Part shown: piece by piece, positions 51,211 to 61,616 of the stretch
How the letters are laid out: each line of letters opens with the position of its first letter
Numbering within the stretch: the first letter of the stretch is position 1
NCBI GenBank assembly: GCA_963705205.1
Contig: CAVPJG010000007.1
Location: forward strand, 84,336-148,335
Length of the DNA: 64,000 nucleotides
From: an uncultured Thermoleophilia bacterium
GTDB lineage: Bacteria; Actinomycetota; Thermoleophilia; UBA2241
Direction of reading: 5' to 3'
Program-made: the position numbers and the translations under genes
Notes under the pieces: model-generated
What the model was told of the DNA's origin: nothing
Databases searched by the model: none
What the model saw: the letters and a program-made list of their open reading frames with translations, nothing else

Positions 51211-52856
51211 CGGTCCACGACCTGGTCGTCGCCGGCGCCCGCGTCGTCGACGGCTGCGGCAACCCCTGGTACCTCGGCGACGTCGGCGTCCGCGGCGACC
51301 GGATCGCGGCGATCGGGGCGCCGGGGTCGCTGCGCGGCCGGCGCGTCGTCGACGCCGCCGGCCGCTACGTGGCCCCCGGCTTCATCGATCCGCACACGCA
51401 CTCCGATCTCTCCATCCTGCTGTACCCGCGCGCCGAGACGGCGGTGCGCCAGGGCGTGACCACGCACGTCACCGGCAACTGCGGCATGTCTGCGGCGCCG
51501 CTCACCGAGGCGCGCCGCGACGCCGCCGTCCAGAACTGGGCGCACTACGGCTGGGGCCTGGACGACGTGGCCTGGGACTGGCGCACCTTCGGCCAGTACC
51601 TGACGGCGGTGCGCCGCGGCGGCCATGCGATCAACATCGCGCCGCTCGTCGGCCACGGCGCCCTGCGACTGGCGGTCGTCGGCTTCGCCGAGCGCGCCGT
51701 GACGGAGCGCGAGCTCGCGCGCATGGAGCGGCTCCTGGACGCCAGCATGCGCGCCGGCGCGCACGGCATGTCCAGCGGCCTCGTGTACCCGCCGGGCTGC
51801 TTCGCGAGCACCGACGAGCTGCTCGCGCTGTGCCGGGTGGTGGCGCGTCACCAGGGCATCTACACCTCGCACGTGCGCGGCGAGCGTGAGACGATCCTCA
51901 CCGCCGTCGCCGAGGCGCTGGCGTTGGCGCGCGCCGCCGGCTGTCCCGTCGAGGTCTCGCACAACGCGCCCAAGTGGGGCGCGCCCGACGACGCCTCAGC
52001 CAACCTCGCCTTGATCGAGGAGGCGCGGCGCGGCGGCCTCGACGCGACCACGGACAACGACGTGCACACCGACCTCGCGCCGCGCTTCTCGCGGGCGCTG
52101 CCGCAGCCGGTGCTCGACCTCACCCACGACGCGCTCATGGCGCTGCTCACGGACCCCGAGGCCCGCACGGCGCTCAGGCGCGAGGTGCTCGAGGACGCCC
52201 TGCCGGGCGCCGGATACGCCGGCGTTGTCCGGCACGGCCGCTTCGACAGGGTCGTCGTGTTCCACGCCGGCCGCACCCCGGAGCAGCGCGGCCGCTCTGT
52301 GGCCGACATCGCCGCCGAGCGCGGCGCCGATGCGTTCGACACCTTCCTCGACCTCATCGTCGAGAACGACGACGACATCGTCGGGCTCTTCGACTACATC
52401 GAGGAGAAGAACATCCGGGCGCTGCTGCAGAGCCCGCTCGCGATGATCTCGTCCGACGGCCTCGTGATGCCGCCGCCGGACGAACTGGACGACCCGTCGC
52501 TCTACTGGCCCTGCAGCTACGGGGAGTACCCGGGCGTGCTCGAGCGCTACGTGCGCGACGAGCCGGTGCTGCGCCTCGAGGAGGCCATCCGCAAGATGAC
52601 CTCCTTCCCGGCGCAGCGCTTCCGCCTCTTCGACCGGGGCGCCCTGCGCCCCGGCCTCAAGGCCGACCTCGTCGTCTTTGACCTCGAAACGGTGCGCGAT
52701 CGGGCGACGAACCTCTACCCGCACGCGTACCCCTTCGAGAACATCCCGCACGCCTCGCCCGAGGGGATCGACTGGGTGCTGGTCAACGGTGTGCCCGTGC
52801 TCGCGGAGGGTGAGCATACGGGGGAGCTTCCCGGCCGCGTGCTGAAGCGGACGTAG
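51207..52856 (+). CDS. N-acyl-D-amino-acid deacylase (D-aminoacylase; amidohydrolase superfamily)
   Basis: ATG 51207 overlaps the upstream stop (ATGA). DLVVAGARVVDGCGNPWYLGDVGVRGDRIAAIG ... APGFIDPHTHSDL ... GVTTHVTGNCGMS is the D-aminoacylase pattern with the metal-binding HxH. Confidence 0.8.
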   Translation: MTVHDLVVAGARVVDGCGNPWYLGDVGVRGDRIAAIGAPGSLRGRRVVDAAGRYVAPGFIDPHTHSDLSILLYPRAETAVRQGVTTHVTGNCGMSAAPLTEARRDAAVQNWAHYGWGLDDVAWDWRTFGQYLTAVRRGGHAINIAPLVGHGALRLAVVGFAERAVTERELARMERLLDASMRAGAHGMSSGLVYPPGCFASTDELLALCRVVARHQGIYTSHVRGERETILTAVAEALALARAAGCPVEVSHNAPKWGAPDDASANLALIEEARRGGLDATTDNDVHTDLAPRFSRALPQPVLDLTHDALMALLTDPEARTALRREVLEDALPGAGYAGVVRHGRFDRVVVFHAGRTPEQRGRSVADIAAERGADAFDTFLDLIVENDDDIVGLFDYIEEKNIRALLQSPLAMISSDGLVMPPPDELDDPSLYWPCSYGEYPGVLERYVRDEPVLRLEEAIRKMTSFPAQRFRLFDRGALRPGLKADLVVFDLETVRDRATNLYPHAYPFENIPHASPEGIDWVLVNGVPVLAEGEHTGELPGRVLKRT

Positions 52857-52979
52857 GACCGCTGCCGCCGGGAAGGATCAGGGGGCGTCCCGGCCCTGTT
52901 CCAGAACGTACAAGGCTTGGCCGGTCTCGACCGCCCAGGACCCTCGCGTTGTACGTGGACACGATGTAGAATCCCGGCG

Positions 52980-54629
52980 ATGATCACCGTCCAGGACATC
53001 CTCGAGATCCCCGAGCTCAACCTGCGACTCCTGGCCGGTCACAAGTCCACCAGCAACCCCGTTCGCTGGGTCCACATCTCCGAGGTCCCCGACCCGACCA
53101 AGTGGCTCAAGGGCGGCGAGCTCCTGCTCACCACCGGTTACAGCTTCGTCGGCGACGAGGGGCAGCAGGTGGCGCAGATCAAACGTCTCATCGACCACAA
53201 CATCTCCGGCCTCGGCTTCGGCACCGGCTTCAGCTTCGACAAGGTGCCGCCCGCGCTGGTCAAGGTCGCCGAGGAGTACGGCTTCCCGCTGTTCGAGGTG
53301 CCGTACCACGTGCCGTTCCTGGCCATCACCGAGGCGGTGGCGTCCAAGATCGTCAACGAGCAGTACTCGCTCCTGCAGCGCAGCCTGGCCGTCCACGAGA
53401 AGCTCACCAAGATCGTGCTGGAGGAGAAGGGCCTCGAGGCCATCCTGTCCACGCTCTCGGCCCTGGTCGGCTGCTCCGCCGTCCTGTTCGACTTCCACGG
53501 CGTCGTGCTCTGCGAGGCGGCGTACCGCCGTCACCTGGGCGCCGAGCTGGTCGCCGACCTGTGGCGGCTCATCGGCGACCGCCGCGCCGACCGCCAGAAC
53601 TTCGCCCTCAGCATGGACGGCGTGGGCTCGGGCGTGCAGGTCTATCCGGTGGTCGCGTCGCACCGCATCGGCGCGTTCCTCGCCGCGGTCAAGGACAGCG
53701 GCGACTTCAGCGAGTACGACCGCATCATTCTGCACAACGTGGTCACCGTCACAGCGCTGGAGCTGGTCAAGAAGAAGGCCGTCGCCGAGACCGAGAAGCG
53801 GCTCGCCGGCGACTTCTTCGACGAGCTCATCGCCAGCGACCTGTACGAGGAGGAGATCGCCCGGCGGCTCGCCTTCTTCGGGCTCGACCCGCAGTCGCCG
53901 CACCTCATCGTGCTCGTCGGCATCGACGACGCGCCGGAAGGCGCGGCGGACGAGCGCAGCGAGGCCGCCGCGCTCGACGTCAAGGAGCGGCTGCACTGGG
54001 CCGTGGACGAGTTCATGGCCAGGCGCGACGTGCTGTGCATCAGCGCGTCGCGCAGCGACTCCGTCGTCGTCCTCGTACAACCCGGCAAGATCGACGCCCG
54101 CGAGATCATCGGGCTCGCAGGGGAGCTGCAGGCCGTCATCGCGGAGATGCTGCCGGAGATCTCGGTGTCCGTCGGCATCGGCCGGCCGCACCGCCAGCTC
54201 ATCGACCTGCGCCAGAGCTACTACGAGGCGAGCTACGCCATCAAGATCCGCAAGCTCAAGGGCGAGCCGCGCGTTATCGCGAGCTTCGACGACCTGGGCT
54301 CGTACGGGCTGCTGCTCGGCCTGCAGGACACGCTGTCGCTCGAGGTCTTCTACGACAGCGTGCTCGGCAAGCTCCAGGAGTACGACGAGCAGAACTCGAG
54401 CGACCTGGTCAAGAGCCTCGCCTGCTTCCTCGAGGCCAACGGCCACTGGGGCGACGCCGCCGAGAAGCTGTATGTGCACCGGCACACGTTGCGCTACCGC
54501 ATGAAGCGCGTGGAGGAGATCACCGGCCGCGACCTCAACCAGTCGCAGGACCGCATGGAGTTCTGGCTGGCCCTCAAGGCCAAGGAGCTCATCGACCAGT
54601 CGAAGAGGGGCAAGCCCGCCTCCGCGTGA
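52980..54629 (+). CDS. PucR/CdaR-family transcriptional regulator
   Basis: The ATG lies 7 nt after a TAGAAT -10 box, so the mRNA may be leaderless. N-terminal PucR-type sensor region, a central GGDEF-like domain, and a C-terminal HTH (LYVHRHTLRYRMKRVEEITGRDL). Length 549 aa. Confidence 0.8.
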   Translation: MITVQDILEIPELNLRLLAGHKSTSNPVRWVHISEVPDPTKWLKGGELLLTTGYSFVGDEGQQVAQIKRLIDHNISGLGFGTGFSFDKVPPALVKVAEEYGFPLFEVPYHVPFLAITEAVASKIVNEQYSLLQRSLAVHEKLTKIVLEEKGLEAILSTLSALVGCSAVLFDFHGVVLCEAAYRRHLGAELVADLWRLIGDRRADRQNFALSMDGVGSGVQVYPVVASHRIGAFLAAVKDSGDFSEYDRIILHNVVTVTALELVKKKAVAETEKRLAGDFFDELIASDLYEEEIARRLAFFGLDPQSPHLIVLVGIDDAPEGAADERSEAAALDVKERLHWAVDEFMARRDVLCISASRSDSVVVLVQPGKIDAREIIGLAGELQAVIAEMLPEISVSVGIGRPHRQLIDLRQSYYEASYAIKIRKLKGEPRVIASFDDLGSYGLLLGLQDTLSLEVFYDSVLGKLQEYDEQNSSDLVKSLACFLEANGHWGDAAEKLYVHRHTLRYRMKRVEEITGRDLNQSQDRMEFWLALKAKELIDQSKRGKPASA

Positions 54630-54665
54630 ACCCGCCGGCCGCCGGCGCGGGTCCGGACGGCTCCC

Positions 54666-55403
54666 TCAGGACATGACCAGCGAGCCGTTGTCGACGGCGA
54701 TGTTGACGCCGGTCAGGCCTTCCGTCTCCAGGCAGAAGCGAACGGCGGCGCCGATATCGGCGGGCGCGACCAGCCGCTCCGCGGCGACGCGCGCCCCCGC
54801 GCGCAGGGTCGCCTCGCGGTGCTCGTCATCGACCAGGTCCACCGGGCCCGGCGCCACGCCACAGACGCGCACGTGCGCGGGCGCCCAAGCGCGCGCGAGC
54901 TGCTTCACCAGGTGGATCTCCGCAGCCTTGGCCGCCCCGTGCGCGGCGAAGGTGGCCCACGGCTGCAGGCCGAGGTAGTCGGTGAGGGCGACGATCACGC
55001 CGCCGGGGGCGAACCGCTCCTTGGCGGCGCAGGCGCTGAAGAAGAACCCCTTCGCGATGATGTCCAGCGAGGCGTCCCACATCTGCTCGTCGATCTGCTC
55101 CGGCTGCCGAGGCACGAAGGGACCGCTGGCCGCGTAGACGAGCGCATCGAGCCCGCCCAGTGCGGCCTCTGCTCGGGCGACGAGGTCCGCCGCTCCGGAG
55201 GCGCGGCTCGCGTCGCCCTCCACGACATGCGCCGCAGGCGCTCCAGCCGCGAGCAGTGCTGCCGTCTTCTCTCCGGCATCGCCGCCGCGCGTGCGCGTCG
55301 AGATCGCCGTGGCGGCACCGTGCCCAGCCAGGTCGAGCGCGACGGCGCGTCCCAGCCGGCGAACGCCGCCGACGATCAGGATGCGGGCTCCTGCGACCTT
55401 CAC
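54666..55403 (-). CDS. SDR-family oxidoreductase
   Basis: GTG 55403 follows a GGAGAG RBS. ILIVGGVRRLGRAVALDLAGHGA (TGxxxGxG-like motif), NAS-equivalent region, and the YxxxK region AHGAAKAA. Length 245 aa. Confidence 0.75.
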   Translation of the reverse strand: MKVAGARILIVGGVRRLGRAVALDLAGHGAATAISTRTRGGDAGEKTAALLAAGAPAAHVVEGDASRASGAADLVARAEAALGGLDALVYAASGPFVPRQPEQIDEQMWDASLDIIAKGFFFSACAAKERFAPGGVIVALTDYLGLQPWATFAAHGAAKAAEIHLVKQLARAWAPAHVRVCGVAPGPVDLVDDEHREATLRAGARVAAERLVAPADIGAAVRFCLETEGLTGVNIAVDNGSLVMS

Positions 55404-56410
55404 GCCGGCTCTCCAAGGTGCGCATACACCACGTCGGCGACCGCGGCGATCGCGCCGTCGGCCTGCGCCTTGGCCTCGTGACTCAGGCCCTTCCAGAAGA
55501 CGACCATGATCAATGGTGCCCCGGTGGGCGTCAAGACGATCGCCGCGTCGTTGCTCGTACCGCTCACGCTCCCGGTCTTGTTGGCCACGAGCAGCCCGTC
55601 CGGAAGCCCGGCCGGGATCCTCTCGCGCCACTCCTGCCGGCTCATGACCTCGACCATGAGACGGCAGGACGGCGCCGAGGCACAGGTGCCCTGCGCGATC
55701 ATTGCCAGCAGGGCCGCCATGTCCCGCGGCGTGCCCTGGTTGTCGAGGGCCTGGTCGACGGCGAAGGAATCGCCGTAGCCGCACGACTCGTCACGGCCCC
55801 AGCGGCGGTCGTACAGGTGCAGGAAGCCGGCGCCGCTGAGGCGCGCGTTCTCCTCGAGGACGCGGCGGAACGCGTCTTCGCAGTCCCCTCGCACCTCGAT
55901 CCTCCGCCAGCAGGCGACGATCTCGGAGCCGCTGAGACCCGCCCATTCCTCGCCCGCGCCCGACTCGATCAGGAAGTACTCGCGATTGGGCATGGAGCAG
56001 TCGATGGACTCGAGGCCGAGGCGTCGCATCGTCTCGTTGACGGATCCGAGGCCGACCAGCCGCCAGAGCATGTCCGTGGCCGTGTTGTCGCTCAGCGTGA
56101 TCATGAGGTAGAGCAGGTCGCGGACACTGGGGCGCAGTCCCTCGTGCAGGTGGATCAGCGCGCTGCCCGGGCTCTTGTCCTGCTCCGTGAGCGTGAGGCG
56201 GTCGTCGAGTCTCACGAGCCCGGCGTCGACCTGACGCATGACCTCGACCATCACCGGGATCTTGAAGCAGCTGGCCATGGGGAAGAGCTCCCCGGCGTCG
56301 ATGTGGACCTCGGCGCCGCTCGCGAGGTTGCGGGCGGCCACCCCCACGGTGCCGCCCAGCGGCGCGGCGATCGCCGCGACACTCTCGTGGACGCCCCTCG
56401 GATCGGACAT
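55400..56410 (-). CDS. class-A beta-lactamase-like serine hydrolase (no signal peptide, probably cytoplasmic)
   Basis: ATG 56410 follows GGGAGGGGG. S-x-x-K motif (MASCFKIP), SDN loop (TLSDNTATD) and KTG motif (ANKTGSV). The stop overlaps the SDR start (GTGA). Confidence 0.75.
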   Translation of the reverse strand: MSDPRGVHESVAAIAAPLGGTVGVAARNLASGAEVHIDAGELFPMASCFKIPVMVEVMRQVDAGLVRLDDRLTLTEQDKSPGSALIHLHEGLRPSVRDLLYLMITLSDNTATDMLWRLVGLGSVNETMRRLGLESIDCSMPNREYFLIESGAGEEWAGLSGSEIVACWRRIEVRGDCEDAFRRVLEENARLSGAGFLHLYDRRWGRDESCGYGDSFAVDQALDNQGTPRDMAALLAMIAQGTCASAPSCRLMVEVMSRQEWRERIPAGLPDGLLVANKTGSVSGTSNDAAIVLTPTGAPLIMVVFWKGLSHEAKAQADGAIAAVADVVYAHLGEPA

Positions 56411-56553
56411 GCGCCGGCCCCCTCCCGTGACTCGCGACCCTACGATAGCGGAGCGAGCCTGGTATGGTCCAGAGGCTCGTGTGTTCAGTAGTGGGCGGTT
56501 CTTTTGTGTTTTGGGCTTTTCTGCGCGCAACGTTGTTGGTAGACTGCCGAATC

Positions 56554-56570
56554 GTGCACGAGATGTGCAC
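56554..56570 (+). promoter_or_regulatory. GTGCAC-N5-GTGCAC palindromic site in the ald upstream region (candidate regulator operator)
   Basis: Two self-complementary GTGCAC hexamers are spaced 5 nt apart in the comparatively AT-rich 207-nt divergent region between the serine hydrolase and ald genes. Confidence 0.3.
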
Positions 56571-56617
56571 AACCGAGTCTTGAGCCCACTGTACGGGATG
56601 GAGCGAGGAGGAGTCAC

Positions 56618-57739
<1,122 letters not shown>

Positions 57740-57943
57740 GGGGGCATTCGGCGACGCGGCGGCCATTGGCCGTGGCTGAGCCAAGCTGATTGAATGGGGC
57801 CGTGTCCGGACGTCCAGTCCGGGCGCGGCTCCTTCCGTTCGGGGCGCGCGCATACCCGCCACGGCAGGCTCCGCCGACCAGGCGTGACCGCGGCGCAGCG
57901 GAGGAGAGCCGGGGTGCGGCTTTCACGGCACAAAGGAGCACGA

Positions 57944-59689
57944 ATGGGCGACCTTCTACGCATCGACCTCACCACCCGGACGACCTCCGAAGACGTCATC
58001 CCGCCTCAGCTCGTCAAGGATCTGATCGGGGCCAAGGGCATCGGCACGCACTACTTGTGCGAGGAGGTCGGCCCCGAGGTCGATCCGCTGAGCCCGGGCA
58101 ACAAGCTCATCTTCGTCGTCGGCCCCATGGGCGGCACCACGATGCTGGGCGGCAACCGGTACGCCGTGTACTTCGCCTCGCCGCTCACCGGCGGCTACGG
58201 CGAGTGCTACTCGGGCGGCAATCTCACCCCGCAGTTCGCGCGCACGGGGTACAAGGTCGTGATCGTCGAGGGCAAGGCCGACGGCCCGGTCTACCTCGAG
58301 ATCAGCGAAGAGGGAGCGCAGTTCCACGACGCTTCCGACCTGTGGGGCATGGACGCCTTCAAGGCGGAGGACGAGATCCTGGCGCGCACGCCGCACAAGA
58401 AGGCCCAGGCGTGCGTCATCGGCCAGGCCGGCGAGAGACTCGTGCGGTTCGCCTGCGTCAACAACAACTACTGGCATCAGCTCGGCCGCGGCGGCCCTGG
58501 CGCCGTCTACGGCTCCAAGAACCTCAAGGGCATCGTCTGGCACGGGGAGAAGAAGGTCGACGTCGCGCGGCCCGACGACTTCAAGGCCGTGGTCCGTGAC
58601 CTCATCGAACGCGCCAAGGACGACCCCGGAGCGGCTGCGTACCAGCGCGGGGGCACCCTCAACATGGTGCGCATCATGAACGGCGTCAACGCGTTCCCGA
58701 CGCGCTACTGGCGCAAGGGCACGCTGGAGAACTTCGAGCGCATCACCGTCGAGACCATGCTCGCCGAGCACGGGACCGTCAACCAGACCTGCCCGCCCTG
58801 CGTGTTCAAGTGCGTCAAGCGCAACACCGTGTTCAAAGGCCGCCACGAGGGGCTCGTGGTGGAGGGTCCCGAGTACGAGACTGCCTACGTCTTCGGCGGC
58901 CTCTGCGAGATCGACGACTTCGCCGAGATCATGTGGCTCAACGACATCTGCGACCGCCTCGGCGTCGACACCATGGACGCCGGCAACCTCTGCGCCCTCG
59001 CGATCGAGTGCGCCGAGCGCGGCCTCATCGACGAGAAGCTCACGTGGAACGATCCCGTCGGCGTCGGCGCCTTCCTGGAGAAGCTCTGCCTGCGCGAAGG
59101 CATCGGCGACCTTTGGGCGGAGGGCCTCGCGGCCGTGGCCGAGGAGTACGGGCTCGAGGACGTGGCCGTGCACGCCAAGGGCATGGCCCCGGCCGGCTAC
59201 GAGCCCCGCAAGATGAAGGGCATGGGCCTCGGCTTCGCGACCACGCCACGTGGCGCCTGCCATCTGCGCGCCACCATGTACAAGCCCGAGCTCCTCGGCG
59301 TCACCCCGTACGGTGAGATCGAGGGCAAGGCGGCCATCTACTGCGACTGGGAAGACCGCCTCACCATCATGGACACGCTCATCTACTGCCGCTTCTACCG
59401 CGACATGGTGCAGTGGCCGTACATCACGGCGGTCGTCAACGCCGCCATCGGCACGGACTACGGCGAGGAGGACCTGCACCGCATCGCCAACCGCATCATC
59501 ACGATGACCCACGACTTCAACGCCGCGCGCGGGATAGGGCGTGAGTCGGAGAAGCTGCCGGACTGGGTCACCGAGAAGCCCATGGAGGACGAGGAGGGGC
59601 TCACCTTCCCGCAGGCCGAGATGGCGTCCATGCTCCAGGACTACTACACGATCCGTGGCTGGGGGGAGCTGCCGCCGCTCGCCGGCTGA
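57944..59689 (+). CDS. aldehyde:ferredoxin oxidoreductase family (tungstopterin AOR type)
   Basis: The RBS is AAAGGAGCA. AFOR_N region (LRIDLTT ... GIGTHYL ... GNKLIFVVGPMGGT). [4Fe-4S]/pterin-ligating Cys region (CPPCVFKC). AFOR_C (DTMDAGNLCALAIEC). Length 581 aa. Confidence 0.85.
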   Translation: MGDLLRIDLTTRTTSEDVIPPQLVKDLIGAKGIGTHYLCEEVGPEVDPLSPGNKLIFVVGPMGGTTMLGGNRYAVYFASPLTGGYGECYSGGNLTPQFARTGYKVVIVEGKADGPVYLEISEEGAQFHDASDLWGMDAFKAEDEILARTPHKKAQACVIGQAGERLVRFACVNNNYWHQLGRGGPGAVYGSKNLKGIVWHGEKKVDVARPDDFKAVVRDLIERAKDDPGAAAYQRGGTLNMVRIMNGVNAFPTRYWRKGTLENFERITVETMLAEHGTVNQTCPPCVFKCVKRNTVFKGRHEGLVVEGPEYETAYVFGGLCEIDDFAEIMWLNDICDRLGVDTMDAGNLCALAIECAERGLIDEKLTWNDPVGVGAFLEKLCLREGIGDLWAEGLAAVAEEYGLEDVAVHAKGMAPAGYEPRKMKGMGLGFATTPRGACHLRATMYKPELLGVTPYGEIEGKAAIYCDWEDRLTIMDTLIYCRFYRDMVQWPYITAVVNAAIGTDYGEEDLHRIANRIITMTHDFNAARGIGRESEKLPDWVTEKPMEDEEGLTFPQAEMASMLQDYYTIRGWGELPPLAG

Positions 59690-59706
59690 GGCGAAGCGGC
59701 GGACGC

Positions 59707-59749
59707 GGACGGGCCCGGGACCCTCGCTGTGAGGATCCCGGGCCCGTCC
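59707..59749 (+). terminator. 14-bp-stem hairpin between the convergent AOR and DUF948 genes
   Basis: ggacgggcccggga ... tcccgggcccgtcc are perfectly complementary arms separated by a 15-nt loop. Confidence 0.4.
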
Positions 59750-59796
59750 GTGCTCGGGGCGTGAGCGGCTGCGCCGCCCGCCCCGGTCTCCGGCAT

Positions 59797-60147
59797 CTAG
59801 ATGCCCAGGTCGCTCCACTCCTTCTCGCCGGAGAGCCAGCCGGCGATGAGCCAGTACGGGCGCATGGCATCGTTGACGCTCTGCGCGATGACCTGCAAAC
59901 GCGTGGTGGAGCGCTGCATCCTGGCGAGGTTGGCGCTGAGCTGTTCCGCGTCGACGGAGAGGCGCTCCGCGGCGGCGGTGATCTCGTCGCCCCTGCGCGC
60001 CAGGCCCTCGGCGAGGGGCGTGATGCGCTGCGAGACGGCGGCTCCGTGCTTGGCCAGCCGCCAGCCTTTGAGGGCGAGCCAGACGAGCACTGCGATGACG
60101 AGAGTCAGGCTCGCGAGCGCGATGATCAGAAGGACATACCAAGGCAT
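59797..60147 (-). CDS. DUF948-like membrane-anchored protein
   Basis: N-terminal TM helix (WYVLLIIALASLTLVIAVLVWLAL) followed by a ~90-aa helical cytoplasmic region. Confidence 0.6.
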   Translation of the reverse strand: MPWYVLLIIALASLTLVIAVLVWLALKGWRLAKHGAAVSQRITPLAEGLARRGDEITAAAERLSVDAEQLSANLARMQRSTTRLQVIAQSVNDAMRPYWLIAGWLSGEKEWSDLGI

Positions 60148-60201
60148 GACGGCAGTGTACCGCTTCGCGCCGGGCGGCGACAGTGCCCCCGGCCGCCGCG
60201 G

Positions 60202-61329
60202 TCAGGGCAGGCTGATGGAGTAACGACAGATGAGCGAGCAGCCGCGGCCCGCCAGACGGCTCACCTTGACCACGTCGCCGGTGTGCGGCGCCTCGATGAA
60301 CAGGCCGTCGCCGATGTAGATGCCCACGTGGTGGTAGAAGGCCGGCGTGCCGAAGAAGACCAGGTCGGCCGGCTGGGCCTGCGCCAGCGACACGGGCTTG
60401 CCCATGTGCGCCTGCATCGTGGCCCCGTGAGGGAAGACCACGCCGAACTTGGCGTACACGTACAGCACGAGGCCGGAGCAGTCGAATCCGCCGGAGGGCG
60501 TGGCCCCGGCCCACACGTAGGGGATGCCGAGGTACTTCATCGTCTCCCTGACCACGGCGACCTGCGCCGGCGTGCCGTGGATGGTGGCCAGGTCGACGCC
60601 GGCGGCCCGGGCCAGGCGCGCGGACGCCGCCGCGTCGAGCCTGGCCTGCTGCGCCAGCAGCTTCTTGACGCGCGCGTCAAGGTCCGCGAGGAGCGTCTCG
60701 CGCGCGGCCAGCTGGTCCTCGATCGAGGCCTGCTGCTCGCGCAGGGCCATCTCCTTCTCGAGCGCCTCCGCGCGGTCGACGTCGATCTGCTTCGCGAGCC
60801 TTTGGATCCGGGCCTCCATGGCGGCGATGCGGGTGACCGTCGCCTGGTCCGCTTCGTCGATGGAGCGGAAGTAGCCGAGCTGCGTGTCCGCCTCACCGAG
60901 GTCGTTCAGGCTGAAGAGCACGTCGAGCACGCTGTAGCCGTCGCTCTTGTACATGGCCGTGAGGCGCGCGCCGCGCAGCGCCTGGGCCGTCTCGAGCTCG
61001 ACCTGCGCGCGCTCGAGGTCGCGGCGCGCCTCCAGGAGGCGGACGTTGATCACGTCGAGCGCGGAGCGAGCGAGGTTGTACTTCTCCGTCAGGACCTCCG
61101 CGCGGTGGTCCAGACGCGACACCTCACGCCGCACGCTGCGCGCCTGCGCCTCGAGGCCCTCGACTGAGGGCGTGGCCGGGGCGGCCGGAGGGAGCAGGGC
61201 GGCGCCGACCAGGATGAGCCCCAGCAGGCCCGCGAAGAACGCCGCGGCCAATGTCGCCGCGGTCCGTCGGTCCCACCTGCCTGTCGCCCCAAGGCCGATC
61301 ATCATCTTCCTTTCAGTGTATCGGAACAT
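60202..61329 (-). CDS. NlpC/P60 (C40) peptidoglycan endopeptidase with N-terminal coiled-coil (RipA-like)
   Basis: N-terminal membrane/signal segment, a long coiled coil, and a C-terminal NlpC/P60 domain with catalytic Cys and His (YVWAGATPSGGFDCSGLVLYVY ... HHVGIYIGDG). Confidence 0.85.
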   Translation of the reverse strand: MFRYTERKMMIGLGATGRWDRRTAATLAAAFFAGLLGLILVGAALLPPAAPATPSVEGLEAQARSVRREVSRLDHRAEVLTEKYNLARSALDVINVRLLEARRDLERAQVELETAQALRGARLTAMYKSDGYSVLDVLFSLNDLGEADTQLGYFRSIDEADQATVTRIAAMEARIQRLAKQIDVDRAEALEKEMALREQQASIEDQLAARETLLADLDARVKKLLAQQARLDAAASARLARAAGVDLATIHGTPAQVAVVRETMKYLGIPYVWAGATPSGGFDCSGLVLYVYAKFGVVFPHGATMQAHMGKPVSLAQAQPADLVFFGTPAFYHHVGIYIGDGLFIEAPHTGDVVKVSRLAGRGCSLICRYSISLP

Positions 61330-61376
61330 CCCGGCTCCCCTTTACGCCGCGCGTGAGGGACGTGCCTGCCGGATGC

Positions 61377-61406
61377 TTTACAATCGCCGGCCGCTGCGTG
61401 TACAAT
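61377..61406 (+). promoter_or_regulatory. sigma-70-like promoter for initiator tRNA (TTTACA-18 nt-TACAAT)
   Basis: -35 TTTACA at 61377-61382 and -10 TACAAT at 61401-61406. The tRNA 5' end at 61421 is ~8 nt from the predicted start. Confidence 0.45.
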
Positions 61407-61420
61407 CTATCGTCCAACGT

Positions 61421-61497
<77 letters not shown>

Positions 61498-61507
61498 TCA
61501 CCTTCCT

Positions 61508-61532
61508 GGGCGCCCGTTCGGGCGCCTTTCTT
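61508..61532 (+). terminator. intrinsic terminator after tRNA-fMet
   Basis: ggcgccc-gttc-gggcgcc hairpin immediately followed by TTTCTT. Confidence 0.55.
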
Positions 61533-61616
61533 GTGGGCGGCGTGAGAACGCCGCTCGCCGGGTAACCACCACCTTGATAGTAGAAAAGCTGGCACAGCTG
61601 ACGGTGGGGTGGGCGA

